A stretch of 64,000 nucleotides of DNA from Nitrososphaerota archaeon. GTDB taxonomy: Archaea; Thermoproteota; Nitrososphaeria; Nitrososphaerales; Nitrosopumilaceae. The stretch covers positions 676,727 through 740,726 of the forward strand of contig JAGWFT010000001.1 in assembly GCA_028867755.1 (NCBI GenBank), read 5' to 3'. Made by a program: the position numbers and the translations under genes. Of the stretch, positions 37,860 to 47,912 are shown one piece after another (position 1 is the first letter of the stretch; each line of letters starts with the position of its first letter). The notes beneath the pieces were generated by a model. That model did not search any database and was not told where the DNA came from. It was given only the letters and a program-made list of their open reading frames with translations.

Positions 37860-37865
37860 TTTAAA
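37860..37865. promoter_or_regulatory. Palindromic TTTAAA, candidate shared TATA box for divergent thiDN and thiC
   Basis: 24 nt from the thiDN ATG and 27 nt from the thiC TTG in a 55-bp gap. Confidence 0.5.
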
Positions 37866-37891
37866 TTCAATCGATTGGTAAAAAAGGTAAA

Positions 37892-39232
37892 TTGGGAACA
37901 CAAATGAGCGCTGCCCGTAGGGGCATTGCCACAGAGGAAATGAAAACAGTGGCAAAAGAAGAAGATGTGACTTTGGATTGGCTCATTCCAAAGATAGCAA
38001 ATGGTTCCATTATAATTCCGCATAACAATATCAGACCGCAAAAAATTCATGTGGTAGGAATTGGCAAAGGGATGAAAACAAAGGTAAATGTCAACATTGG
38101 TAACTCTACTTTAAATCAGAATTTAGATGAGGAAATAAAGAAGGCCAAAGTTGCTGTAAAATACCATTCTGACACTATAATGGATCTGAGCGATGGAGGA
38201 GATGTAGGAATTTTCAGAAGGACATTGCTTGAGGCAGCTCCAATAACATTTGGTACAGTTCCAGTATACGAGGCTTACAATTACGGTGTGGAAAAACACA
38301 AGAACCCGCTTGATATCACTGAAGATGATTTTCTTAATGCGTTTGAACATAACATAAAAGATGGTGTAGATTACACCACCATACATTCTGGTATTACAAA
38401 AGATATTGCAAAAAGAATTCTGGCAGTAAAAAGACACGGAGGAATAGTAAGCAAGGGCGGTACTATCACCGCTGCATGGATGCTAAAATATGACAAGGAA
38501 AACCCGTACTATGAACATTTTGATTATCTCATTGAACTGGCAAGGCAATATGATGTTACTTTTAGCTTGGGTGATGCCTTAAGGCCTGGCTCAATACTTG
38601 ATTCACATGATGAATTACAAATTCAGGAGATGATTAACGTATCACGTCTAACAAAAAGGGCTCATGAAAAAGATGTGCAGGTAATGGTAGAAGGTCCAGG
38701 CCATGTGCCTCTAAATGAAGTTGCTGCAAATGTCAGGCTAGCAAAGTCCCTTATTGGTGATGTTCCGTATTATGTCTTAGGTCCACTTGTAACTGATGTG
38801 GCGTCAGGTCATGATCATATTGCTAGTGCCATAGGTGCAGCAATATCTGCAAGCGAAGGAGTGGATTTGTTATGTTATCTTACTCCAGCAGAGCACTTGG
38901 CTTTGCCTAATGCTGAGGAAGTAAAAGCAGGATTAATTGCATATAGAATTGCAGCACATGCTGCAGACCTTGTCAAACTAAGAGACAAAGCAATCAAGTG
39001 GGATATGGAAATGACAGAGGCTAGACGAACACTTAACTGGGAAAAACAAATTGCATTATCAATTGACCCTGAAGAAGCAGCAAGAATTCATGCAAGAACA
39101 GGTCAGCTCAGAGGAAACACAGTTCCATGTACCATGTGCGGAGGAGCTTGTGTCTACATCATGCTTCCACAGCAAAGATATGCTAAGTCCGATGAATCAA
39201 AAGAAGAAGAAAAACTACAACAAGATAGCTAG
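37892..39232 (+). CDS. thiC: Phosphomethylpyrimidine synthase ThiC
   Basis: KVNVNIGNS, VEGPGH, YVLGPLVTD, C-terminal CTMCGGAC cluster motif. Confidence 0.96.
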   Translation: MGTQMSAARRGIATEEMKTVAKEEDVTLDWLIPKIANGSIIIPHNNIRPQKIHVVGIGKGMKTKVNVNIGNSTLNQNLDEEIKKAKVAVKYHSDTIMDLSDGGDVGIFRRTLLEAAPITFGTVPVYEAYNYGVEKHKNPLDITEDDFLNAFEHNIKDGVDYTTIHSGITKDIAKRILAVKRHGGIVSKGGTITAAWMLKYDKENPYYEHFDYLIELARQYDVTFSLGDALRPGSILDSHDELQIQEMINVSRLTKRAHEKDVQVMVEGPGHVPLNEVAANVRLAKSLIGDVPYYVLGPLVTDVASGHDHIASAIGAAISASEGVDLLCYLTPAEHLALPNAEEVKAGLIAYRIAAHAADLVKLRDKAIKWDMEMTEARRTLNWEKQIALSIDPEEAARIHARTGQLRGNTVPCTMCGGACVYIMLPQQRYAKSDESKEEEKLQQDS

Positions 39233-39619
39233 AACTTTTTCAAGACTTGGTACTGTTTGGTACTGTGTTATGTCTGAAGAGTTTATCCATCTGTATTCTT
39301 GGTTTTCCCAGTTTAGAGTAATGTTGACATCTTGTACAGAAAACAAGAAAGGGAAAATTAGCCATTCGTGATTTGCATACTGGGGAGAATCTGCCCGAAT
39401 TTGCGGTCCTGACTTGAGAAGAGTGATCTTGTCTTCTGTTATACCTGTTTCCTCCAGTATCTCCTTCTTTGCTCTGTAGATTGGCTCCTCATCACCCTCT
39501 ATAATTCCCGATATTCCTGCCCAAAGGCCCTTCATGGATCTGACTTTATCGCTGCGTTTTAAAATGAGACACTTGTCGCTGTGAATTAAAAAGGAAGTAA
39601 CGATTCTTGTGGAATTCAA
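39215..39619 (-). CDS. Nudix hydrolase
   Basis: GIIEGDEEPIYRAKKEILEETGI Nudix box. Confidence 0.88.
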   Translation of the reverse strand: MNSTRIVTSFLIHSDKCLILKRSDKVRSMKGLWAGISGIIEGDEEPIYRAKKEILEETGITEDKITLLKSGPQIRADSPQYANHEWLIFPFLFSVQDVNITLNWENQEYRWINSSDITQYQTVPSLEKVLAILL

Positions 39620-40474
39620 CTATTTTTCAACAGCATTTACCATGGATACCAACTTTTTGTATGCATCATCCATATCCACGTTCTTTGCGAGTCTCTCTTT
39701 TGCACTTCCAACATATTTTAGAATCTCTTCGGTTCTATTTTCTTGTATTAAAATAAGCATTCTTCCTATGTCTTTCCAAAACTCTTCTGCGTATTTTCTA
39801 ATTTCTGGATTTGAAATGATAGTCTCAATAAGTTCAGGTGATTCAGTCATGATTCCTGCAGTGAGAAGCTTTTGTGCCTTGAAAGTAGTACCTGACATCT
39901 TTTCAACCAGTGAAAAGTTTTCTTCTTTTGCAAGTATATTGGCAAGAGACAAGTTTACTAAATGAGTCATGCCTAATATTATTGCAATCTTTTTGTCATG
40001 CTCTGTGGCGTCTATCTGTACAAAACTTGCTTCAGGAAACAATAATTTTGCTACAGCAAGCTCTTTTTTTGCATCACGAATTGGAATGGAAATTATGTTT
40101 TGACCCTTTAGTTTCTTTGTTCCAGGACCAAACATGGGATGCATGCAAACCGGATTTACCTTGTCTGGAATTTTTGATAGGGCAGCTGCAGTTTTCAGCT
40201 TGAGCGAAGATATGTCGATAAGATATGAGTCTCTTCTCATCTCTTTTGCAATCAATCTCACAGTTTCTGGAGTGCGTTTGACTGGAATACACAAGATGAC
40301 ATAATCTGCAGGTAGTATTGCACCAACTAGAGACTGTGCCTTTGTAATTGACTTGTTTGAGATCTCTTTTTCAGAATCATAGCCAATTACATCGTAACCT
40401 TTCTCGAGAAAATACTTTGTGAACCATTTGCCCATCTGTCCTTCTGAACCGATTATTGCTATTTTCTTCTTCAT
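39620..40474 (-). CDS. tyrA: Prephenate/arogenate dehydrogenase
   Basis: IAIIGSEGQMG, HPMFGP, HDKKIA..LGMTH. Confidence 0.9.
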   Translation of the reverse strand: MKKKIAIIGSEGQMGKWFTKYFLEKGYDVIGYDSEKEISNKSITKAQSLVGAILPADYVILCIPVKRTPETVRLIAKEMRRDSYLIDISSLKLKTAAALSKIPDKVNPVCMHPMFGPGTKKLKGQNIISIPIRDAKKELAVAKLLFPEASFVQIDATEHDKKIAIILGMTHLVNLSLANILAKEENFSLVEKMSGTTFKAQKLLTAGIMTESPELIETIISNPEIRKYAEEFWKDIGRMLILIQENRTEEILKYVGSAKERLAKNVDMDDAYKKLVSMVNAVEK

Positions 40475-41841
40475 TTTTCTGTCCTCATCACTTCTTCTAT
40501 TATCTTCATTCCGTGGTTAAGTGTTTCTTCTGGCTGACAAGCAGATATTCTGATAAATCCTTGATAATTTCCAAATCCATTACCAGGTGCTACGGCTACG
40601 CCATAATCTAAAAGCTTGTTTGTAAACTCGACAGAGTCAAAATGTAGTTTTTTTACCTTGACAAAGAGGTACATGGCACCATCTGGTTCTACAAATTCAA
40701 TTTCCATGTTCTTTGCTTTTTTTATCACAGCCTCTAGTCTAGCTTTAATGGTTTTAGTGTTATCTGTAGTATCAGCTTCGAGGGCTTTCATGGCTACATA
40801 TTGGATTGGCTCTGACACATTTGTCATGGCTAGTGCCTGCAGTTTTGCCATCTTGTCTATTATCTCAGGACTAGATACGGTATATCCTATCCTAAATCCA
40901 GTCATTGCATGAGACTTGGAAAAAGACTGGGTCACAATTGACTTGTTGTACCTGTAGGACAGGACGCTCTTCCAATTTTTGAATGCGTATGAAGAATAAA
41001 TCTCGTCACTTAGCACATGGAGATCATGTTTTATTGAAATACTCATTATCTGGTCTAGCATCTTTTCAGGAAGTATCTTTCCTGTGGGATTATTTGGATA
41101 GTTTAGTACTATCATCCTTGTATTTTGATTAATTGCATTTTCAATCTCTTCAATCTTAGGCTCCCATCTTTGTTCTAGGCTTGTGTGAATAGTTCTAACT
41201 TTGACTCCTGAATTCAGAGCGTTGTCTCTGTATGCAGGCCACGCAGGCTCTATTATTATGATCTCATTTCCTGGATTGAGCATGGTAGAGATTGCAAGAA
41301 AGATTGAAAATCTTGCACCGGGGGAGACAAGAATATTTTGTGGACTTGTCTTGGCCCCAAATGTATCTGTGACATGGTTTGCAAGAGCTTCTCTAAATTC
41401 TATCATTCCTTTTGAATCTCCGTACTTTGTGTATCCCATGTCATAAACTTGAGAGAGTGCATTGCTAACTATTTTTGGTGGTAGGAAATCTGGTTCTCCT
41501 ACCTCCATGTGGATTATTTTCTTTCCCTGTTTCTCTAATGTCTTTGCCTTTAAGAACACTGAAAGATGTGTCTGTTTATCCGTTGATTGTATCTTGACAG
41601 ATTCGGTTAATAGAAAATTTAACATTGTAAGACCAATTTTTTCATCAAGGTCAATCTCTTTACACAATGAAAGAACCTTTGTTCTAAGATGACTTTCTCT
41701 TTCTTCATCTGTTACGCCAAGTCCGAGGTTATTTTTGAGATTACCAATTTCTTTTGCAACATCGTTTCTTTCTCTTAATAACTTTAGCATATCAATTGTT
41801 ATCTTGTCTATCTTATCGCGCAGCTTGTCAATGTCTGACAT
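40471..41841 (-). CDS. Chorismate mutase (AroQ) fused to class I/II aminotransferase
   Basis: N-terminal IDKLRDKIDKI...DEERE; YPNNPTG, SDEIY, SFSKSHAMTGFRIG. Confidence 0.88.
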   Translation of the reverse strand: MSDIDKLRDKIDKITIDMLKLLRERNDVAKEIGNLKNNLGLGVTDEERESHLRTKVLSLCKEIDLDEKIGLTMLNFLLTESVKIQSTDKQTHLSVFLKAKTLEKQGKKIIHMEVGEPDFLPPKIVSNALSQVYDMGYTKYGDSKGMIEFREALANHVTDTFGAKTSPQNILVSPGARFSIFLAISTMLNPGNEIIIIEPAWPAYRDNALNSGVKVRTIHTSLEQRWEPKIEEIENAINQNTRMIVLNYPNNPTGKILPEKMLDQIMSISIKHDLHVLSDEIYSSYAFKNWKSVLSYRYNKSIVTQSFSKSHAMTGFRIGYTVSSPEIIDKMAKLQALAMTNVSEPIQYVAMKALEADTTDNTKTIKARLEAVIKKAKNMEIEFVEPDGAMYLFVKVKKLHFDSVEFTNKLLDYGVAVAPGNGFGNYQGFIRISACQPEETLNHGMKIIEEVMRTEK

Positions 41842-41844
41842 TTC

Positions 41845-42942
41845 TTATCGAATCACTGAAGGGATAAAACCGGCTCTTAGTGCATGATCAGCAAGTACTA
41901 CTGATACCAAGGAATCAACTACTGGAGGCGCTCTTGGAACTACGCATGGATCATGCCTGCCTTGAACTATGAGAGAAACTGGTTTTTTTGTCTTGACATC
42001 TACGGTATGCTGTTTTTTTGCAATTGATGAAGCAGGCTTGAAGGCAATTCGAAGTATTAAGGGCATTCCTGTAGATAGTCCTCCCAATATGCCACCAGCG
42101 TTGTTTGTTTTAGTTACAATCCTTCCATTCTTTGTTACAAACTCATCATTGTTTTGTGAACCGTGAAGAGTAGAGCCATAAAAGCCTGAACCAAATTCTA
42201 CTCCCTTGACTGCAGGAATTGAGAATAATGCCTTGCTAAGATCTGATTCTAGTGACCCAAAAATTGGCTCGCCAAGACCAACAGGAAGGTTTGTTGTAAT
42301 GGACTCTACAATTCCTCCAACAGAATCTCCACTCCGCCTTGCTGCAAGTATGACAGATCGCATCTTTTCTGCCATCTTAGGGTCTGGACATCTTACTTCG
42401 TTATCATAAATGGAATTTTTTGTCTTTGGTGCAGCCTGTGCATTCATCTTTACCTTGCCCACTTGACAGGTGTATGAATATGTATCAACTCCAATAGTTT
42501 GTGTAAGTAATTTTTTTGCAATAGCTCCAGCCATAACAAATGTTGCAGTCAGTCTACCAGAAAATCTTCCTCCGCCCCTATAATCATTCCACCCTTTATA
42601 CTTTACATATGCAGGATAATCAGAATGGCCAGGCCTTGGCCTTAATGTCAAGTTTTCATAATCATGAGAACGTTGGTCTTGATTCCAAATGACCATTGCA
42701 ATTGGAGCCCCAGTTGTGTATCCGCGAAATACTCCTGAAAGGATCTCTACTTTGTCCTCTTCTTTTCTTTGAGTAGTTATGATGGATTGACCTGGCTTGC
42801 GCAAGTCAAGCATTTTTTGAATATCTTTTTCCTCAAGTTCTAAACCTGCTGGGCACCCATCCACAACAGCTCCTATGCACCTGCCATGACTCTCACCAAA
42901 ACTGGTAAAGACATAGCGTTGACCAATGGAGCTTGAAGACAT
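41845..42942 (-). CDS. aroC: Chorismate synthase
   Basis: FGESHG, RPGHSDY, GGGRFSGR, GRHDPCV; start at ATG 42942 with own TATA at 42964-42970. Confidence 0.96.
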   Translation of the reverse strand: MSSSSIGQRYVFTSFGESHGRCIGAVVDGCPAGLELEEKDIQKMLDLRKPGQSIITTQRKEEDKVEILSGVFRGYTTGAPIAMVIWNQDQRSHDYENLTLRPRPGHSDYPAYVKYKGWNDYRGGGRFSGRLTATFVMAGAIAKKLLTQTIGVDTYSYTCQVGKVKMNAQAAPKTKNSIYDNEVRCPDPKMAEKMRSVILAARRSGDSVGGIVESITTNLPVGLGEPIFGSLESDLSKALFSIPAVKGVEFGSGFYGSTLHGSQNNDEFVTKNGRIVTKTNNAGGILGGLSTGMPLILRIAFKPASSIAKKQHTVDVKTKKPVSLIVQGRHDPCVVPRAPPVVDSLVSVVLADHALRAGFIPSVIR

Positions 42943-43056
42943 GATGAAATTTTCATTTGCATGCTTATAATCCTTATAGGAATCAGGCCAAGTTTTGGCA
43001 AAATCCTGACCTGTGCAATCCAAAATTAGATAATTAACATCCAAGTTAATTGTACT

Positions 43057-43845
43057 GTGCAAATACGTGGTGCGCAAGAAAGCGACAAGGATACTGTATT
43101 AGGATTCTGCAAGGACACATTCTCATGGGGTGACTATATTGTAGACGTCTGGGACAAGTGGAAGTCAAAGGGCGGCTTGTATGTATTAGAAGAAGACGAT
43201 CTTGTTGTGGGGGTATATCATGTGACCAGTCTTGAAAAGGAAGCATGGATTGAGGGAATGCGAGTACACCCAAAACATCGCAAAAAAGGACTTGGTACTA
43301 GCATGTTAACTCACGCAGAATCTGTCATACAAAATAAAGTGATTCGATTGATAATTGAAAGCGAAAACTATCCGTCAATAAGACTTGTTAAATCTGTGGG
43401 ATATGATATCGAAGAAAAATGGAGACTGTATACTATGGTTCCACAAAGACAAGAATCTAGTGCAGAAATTGTAACGTCGCCATCTCAATTAGATCATATC
43501 ATAACTTCATCAACATATGCAGATTCTTGGAAATGGCTACCATTGGATAAAGAAGAAACCGATCATCTCATGGAACAAAAAAGAATCATAATTTCAACCA
43601 AATCAGAAAAAGTGTTAGCTGCAGGAATATGGAATAGATCAAATGATTTTCCACAAATATTTCAACTTGGATTTGTAAGTGGCACAAAAGATGGCATTCT
43701 GGATATACTAAGATATGTTCAGAACAAGGCACATGATCTAAACTGTGAAAGAATCCAAGTCTTTGTACAGGAAAAAATTTCTCTTGAAGAAGATTTTTTG
43801 GATAAGAAGTCATTATTTTATTTAATGAAAAAGAAACTATACTAG
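43057..43845 (+). CDS. GNAT family acetyltransferase
   Basis: WIEGMRVHPKHRKKGLG acetyl-CoA motif; N-terminal TFSWGDYI. Confidence 0.85.
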   Translation: MQIRGAQESDKDTVLGFCKDTFSWGDYIVDVWDKWKSKGGLYVLEEDDLVVGVYHVTSLEKEAWIEGMRVHPKHRKKGLGTSMLTHAESVIQNKVIRLIIESENYPSIRLVKSVGYDIEEKWRLYTMVPQRQESSAEIVTSPSQLDHIITSSTYADSWKWLPLDKEETDHLMEQKRIIISTKSEKVLAAGIWNRSNDFPQIFQLGFVSGTKDGILDILRYVQNKAHDLNCERIQVFVQEKISLEEDFLDKKSLFYLMKKKLY

Positions 43846-43880
43846 AAAAATCTATAATGCTTGTACTGAAGATACTACTT

Positions 43881-44288
43881 GTGAATTACTGGCTTGTGAA
43901 ACAAGAACCAACTACATATAATTATGATACACTAGAAAAAGAAAAGAAGACTGTCTGGGATGGGGTTCACAACAACTTGGCATTAAAACACATTCGTGAA
44001 ATGAAAAAGGGAGACAAGGCATTTTTTTATCATACTGGCGATGAAAGACAGGCCGTAGGAATAATAGAGATTACAAGCAATCCGTACCCAAACCCAAAAG
44101 AAGACAATGAGAGATTTGTTGTAATGAATGTAAAACCTGTCTCAAGACTGAAAAAACCTGTAACACTTGAGGAAATAAAAAAAGATTCCAAGTTTAAAAA
44201 CTGGGAATTGCTAAAAATATCACGGCTCTCTGTGATGCCTGTGCCAAAACAACTCTGGGATGGAATTATTAAAAAATCAAACAAATGA
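43881..44288 (+). CDS. EVE domain protein
   Basis: YWLVKQEP, WDGVHN, MKKGDKAFFYH, SRLSVMPV; start probably GTG 43881. Confidence 0.93.
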   Translation: MNYWLVKQEPTTYNYDTLEKEKKTVWDGVHNNLALKHIREMKKGDKAFFYHTGDERQAVGIIEITSNPYPNPKEDNERFVVMNVKPVSRLKKPVTLEEIKKDSKFKNWELLKISRLSVMPVPKQLWDGIIKKSNK

Positions 44289-45551
44289 TTATGTTGAAAT
44301 CTTGGCTCCCATTTTGTTCATCTCCTTGATGAAATCAGGATAGGAAACATCTACTGACTCGGGATCTGTTACAGTACAATTTCCCACAAACATTCCAGCA
44401 ATGCAAAATGCCATGAATAGTCTGTGGTCATCTGCAGAGTCAAGCTCAGCTCCGTTAGGAGACTTGGGTGCCTCAAGAATCAACCCGTCGTCTTTTTCCG
44501 TAACACCCACTCCAATCTTTGACAATTCTTTTGCTACAATGGAAATCCTGTCAGTCTCTTTGAATCTTGCATGTTTAACATTGTAAATCTCAATTGGACT
44601 TGATGTTCGAAGTGCTAAGATAGCTATAGGGGGGAGCAGGTCTGGAGTATTTGAGAGGTCGAATCTACCACCTGTCATCTTGGACGGTGTCTTGACTCTT
44701 ACAGTGTCTCCTATTGATACCTCAACACCCATTTTTTTCAGATGCGATATCATCTCTTTATCTCCCTGTGGCAGATCTCCTACTGGTGCAGCAATTGTCA
44801 TATCATCTCCAACTAGTACTGCTGCAGAAAGAAGAAGCGCCATGCTAGAAAAATCCGCAGGAACTGTAAAATCTGTTGGCTTGTACTCTTGGTTTGGTAT
44901 GTTATATTTTTTGTAAGGAGATATAGTGTTGACAGTGACACCAAACTTTTTCATGGTTGCAATAGTTGCATCAAGATAAGGCTTGGAGACAAGATCCCCC
45001 TCGATTTCTAGTGTTATACCTTGTTCAGTTTTTGGGGCTGCAATCAAAAGCGCAGAAATGAACTGGCTTGAGACAGCACCAGATATGGAAGTGCTACCAC
45101 CTAGAATCTTTCCCTTTACGGTAATGGGAGGCATTCCATTAGTTGAGGTGCATTTTGCATCAAGTTTTGCAAGAGCATCAAGAAGTGGCTGCATAGGCCT
45201 TTTTCTGAGGCTAGAGTCTCCGGTGAGTGTCATTTTGGAATCTGCTAGAGAAGAAATTGCTGCAGATATCCTAATTGTTGTACCAGAGTTTGATGCATCT
45301 ATCTCCTGTCCTGTGGGTGATACAATGCCAGTACTTTCTATACTGACAGTTGAATCATTAGTTGATATCTTAGAACCAAAGACTTTGCATGCATTTATTG
45401 TAGCAATAGTGTCGCGGGAAAGCAACACGTTTCTTATTGTGCTGCGTCCCTTTGCAAGAGATGCCAAGAAAACTGCACGATGAGTATAACTCTTGTTAGG
45501 AGGACAAGATATGGTGCCAGATAATCTTGATTTTTCAACCTTACACTTCAT
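44289..45551 (-). CDS. aroA: EPSP synthase
   Basis: KSYTHRA, NSGTTIR, SSQFISALL, KETDRI, DHRLFM. Confidence 0.96.
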   Translation of the reverse strand: MKCKVEKSRLSGTISCPPNKSYTHRAVFLASLAKGRSTIRNVLLSRDTIATINACKVFGSKISTNDSTVSIESTGIVSPTGQEIDASNSGTTIRISAAISSLADSKMTLTGDSSLRKRPMQPLLDALAKLDAKCTSTNGMPPITVKGKILGGSTSISGAVSSQFISALLIAAPKTEQGITLEIEGDLVSKPYLDATIATMKKFGVTVNTISPYKKYNIPNQEYKPTDFTVPADFSSMALLLSAAVLVGDDMTIAAPVGDLPQGDKEMISHLKKMGVEVSIGDTVRVKTPSKMTGGRFDLSNTPDLLPPIAILALRTSSPIEIYNVKHARFKETDRISIVAKELSKIGVGVTEKDDGLILEAPKSPNGAELDSADDHRLFMAFCIAGMFVGNCTVTDPESVDVSYPDFIKEMNKMGAKIST

Positions 45552-46395
45552 GAACTTCAGCCTTTTGGTTAGTAATGGGAGATACTATTGTGGTTCCATC
45601 AAGAGATGAAAATGTTTTCTTTACAAGTGAAATTTTGTCATTTTTTGCAACAGCGGCTATTGCGGGGCCATTTCCTGAAACAGATGCACCCAATGCACCA
45701 TTTTCCATCAATTCAGTCAGGATACTTGGGTCCGAGTCAAGTATGGTAGATGTGGCAAGGCCATTTAGTGTCATTGCATTCCAATAGTCTGATTTGTTTG
45801 CCAAGTCCCAGGCTTGGGCAAATACATTGTGTAATATTTTTAATTTTCTCACGTTCCCTCTTTTGCGAGATTTTGGAATGAATATTATTGCAGATAGATC
45901 CTCTGGGGCCTTTTCTGTTTTTACTATCTTGATATTCGTATTATCAGTCACAGCAAATCCTCCAAAATAGCATCCGCATGCATCATCAAATGCTCCTGTG
46001 ATACTTACCTTTGATTGGACTGAAGCATGTACTCCATCTCTTAGGATTTCGACATCTGTTGCTTTAGGTTTGAAAATCTTTGCACATGCAAGTGAAATTA
46101 CAGAAGATATAGCACTAGAGCTTTTCAGACCATATCCTGATGGTATTTCAGTGTTGACAGATATCGTGAGTTTATTTTTTTCAAGCTCAGACTTTGGAAC
46201 TGACGTTTCTATTACTGATCTTATTAGACGTGCACTAAGGTTTGATTCTCTATTTTCAAAAACTATCCCTCTTCCTGGCTCTGTATTGATTAGGGCATCA
46301 ATTCCAAGCGATATGCCAAGTGTTGCACCCTTACCTGTTGCAATAGCGTTTACTATTGAGATTGCACCGTGCATGCTTGCTCTTACCTGAACCAT
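45541..46395 (-). CDS. aroK: Archaeal (GHMP) shikimate kinase
   Basis: GAISIVNAIATGKG, GLKSSSA, TGAFDD, SGNGPA; start at ATG 46395. Confidence 0.92.
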   Translation of the reverse strand: MVQVRASMHGAISIVNAIATGKGATLGISLGIDALINTEPGRGIVFENRESNLSARLIRSVIETSVPKSELEKNKLTISVNTEIPSGYGLKSSSAISSVISLACAKIFKPKATDVEILRDGVHASVQSKVSITGAFDDACGCYFGGFAVTDNTNIKIVKTEKAPEDLSAIIFIPKSRKRGNVRKLKILHNVFAQAWDLANKSDYWNAMTLNGLATSTILDSDPSILTELMENGALGASVSGNGPAIAAVAKNDKISLVKKTFSSLDGTTIVSPITNQKAEVHEV

Positions 46396-46397
46396 AT

Positions 46398-47219
46398 CTA
46401 AAATCTCCCAAGTAGCGTCAATTTCATTGCTTCGTATGGAGCAGGGACGCCAGTCCAAATCTCAAAAGATTTCATTGCTTGAGCTAAAAGCATTTCCCAA
46501 CCATATATGATGACTGCTCTCTTTTCTTTTGATTGTTGAATTAATGGAGTTTCTACAGGCATATACACAATGTCATAAACTATAGAGTCTTTGGTGATAT
46601 TTTTTGTTGAGATGGGACAACCCATTCCCTTGAGACCTACTGAGGTAGCGTTTACGATGAATCTGAAATTTGCTGCGGTGTCACCAGCTTTTACAAGATC
46701 TAAATATTCTGATTCTAAACCAAGGCGCCTTGCAAATCTCACTATTTCCTCTGCTCTCTCTTGGGTCCTGTTTGTAACAGTTATCTTGCGAACTTTTTCT
46801 TTTGCAAACCCTGCAACTATGGCTCTTGCAGCTCCTCCTGCCCCAATTAACAATACATCAGAACCTTTACAATCTATTTTCCTTTTTCGTATAGGATCTA
46901 GAAAACCATCTACATCAGTATTGTATCCCTTTAGATGTCCATCCGTATTGACTACTGTATTTGTTGCCCCGACAGTCTTACACTCCTCATCAGCTTCGTC
47001 AAGCAACCGCATCATGTCAATTTTGTGAGGTATGGTAACATTGAAACCTGCAATACCTATCTTTTTTAGGTCCTTAACGCCGTCATCAAGCTCGCCTTTT
47101 GGAATCCTGTATGCTATGTAAGTACAATCTAATCTAAGAAATGCAAATGCAGGATTGTGTAGCGCAGGCGATAAGGAATGATCAATGGGATCGCCTATAA
47201 CTGCATAAGTTTTTGTCAT
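46398..47219 (-). CDS. aroE: Shikimate dehydrogenase
   Basis: HSLSP, NVTIPHK, NTD, GAGGAAR. Confidence 0.96.
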   Translation of the reverse strand: MTKTYAVIGDPIDHSLSPALHNPAFAFLRLDCTYIAYRIPKGELDDGVKDLKKIGIAGFNVTIPHKIDMMRLLDEADEECKTVGATNTVVNTDGHLKGYNTDVDGFLDPIRKRKIDCKGSDVLLIGAGGAARAIVAGFAKEKVRKITVTNRTQERAEEIVRFARRLGLESEYLDLVKAGDTAANFRFIVNATSVGLKGMGCPISTKNITKDSIVYDIVYMPVETPLIQQSKEKRAVIIYGWEMLLAQAMKSFEIWTGVPAPYEAMKLTLLGRF

Positions 47220-47278
47220 TGAAAACTAGTTCCTCTACATCATCATTTAAGGATTAGATGGCTTGGCAGACCAAGTCT

Positions 47279-47566
47279 TCAAACACCGTAGCTGCTTGTT
47301 CTGGAATAGAACTTTTTTAGCTTGGAGCCACATTTTGGACAGCTATTTTGTTGATGGATTGTGGCACATTCAAGGCAGACAAAATTAGATCCACCGCTTT
47401 TAGATGATCTGTATTGGTATATTATGATATAAGATAGCGCAACTATCCATACAAGTATCACCAATGGAATCAGATGGAAGATTCCAAGAACTGCTGTTAC
47501 TGCAATAGCTAGTATGATTACATTTCTTGGAACATTATTTAGAAGCTGACTTGGATTCATCCACAT
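47279..47566 (-). CDS. Membrane-anchored zinc-ribbon protein
   Basis: Two TM segments then CLEC...CPKCG. Confidence 0.65.
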   Translation of the reverse strand: MWMNPSQLLNNVPRNVIILAIAVTAVLGIFHLIPLVILVWIVALSYIIIYQYRSSKSGGSNFVCLECATIHQQNSCPKCGSKLKKFYSRTSSYGV

Positions 47567-47663
47567 TATCTTAGTTTATCTTTTATAATAAGGCTAGCAA
47601 CGAGGCATTCTTGTGAGGTAATGCAGAGATTAGTTAATTAATACAAAATGAATTTCATAATGT

Positions 47664-47885
47664 ATGGAGTCAGACGATTTCAGAGACATAGTAGAGGAAT
47701 GCAATGTGATTCTTGATGAGAGCCTGGATATACTCTCTGATATAGAGTTTGAAGCCAATTCTGAGAAAGAAGACATTGTAAAACCCACAATGACAAGAAA
47801 TGATCTTGTTGACATGGCTCATGATGTTGCAGATTCTGTCAGGATAAAAAAGGCCGAGTCTTCTTTTGCTAGAAGGCATTTCTAA
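47664..47885 (+). CDS. Small acidic hypothetical protein
   Basis: 73 aa ORF with an upstream AT-rich TATA-like element. Confidence 0.55.
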   Translation: MESDDFRDIVEECNVILDESLDILSDIEFEANSEKEDIVKPTMTRNDLVDMAHDVADSVRIKKAESSFARRHF

Positions 47886-47912
47886 AAAGCAACTAAATTT
47901 TTTTGTACAGGC

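Noticed and set aside
37837-37891. TPP riboswitch before thiC
   Set aside because: Gap is only 55 bp and lacks the CUGAGA motif
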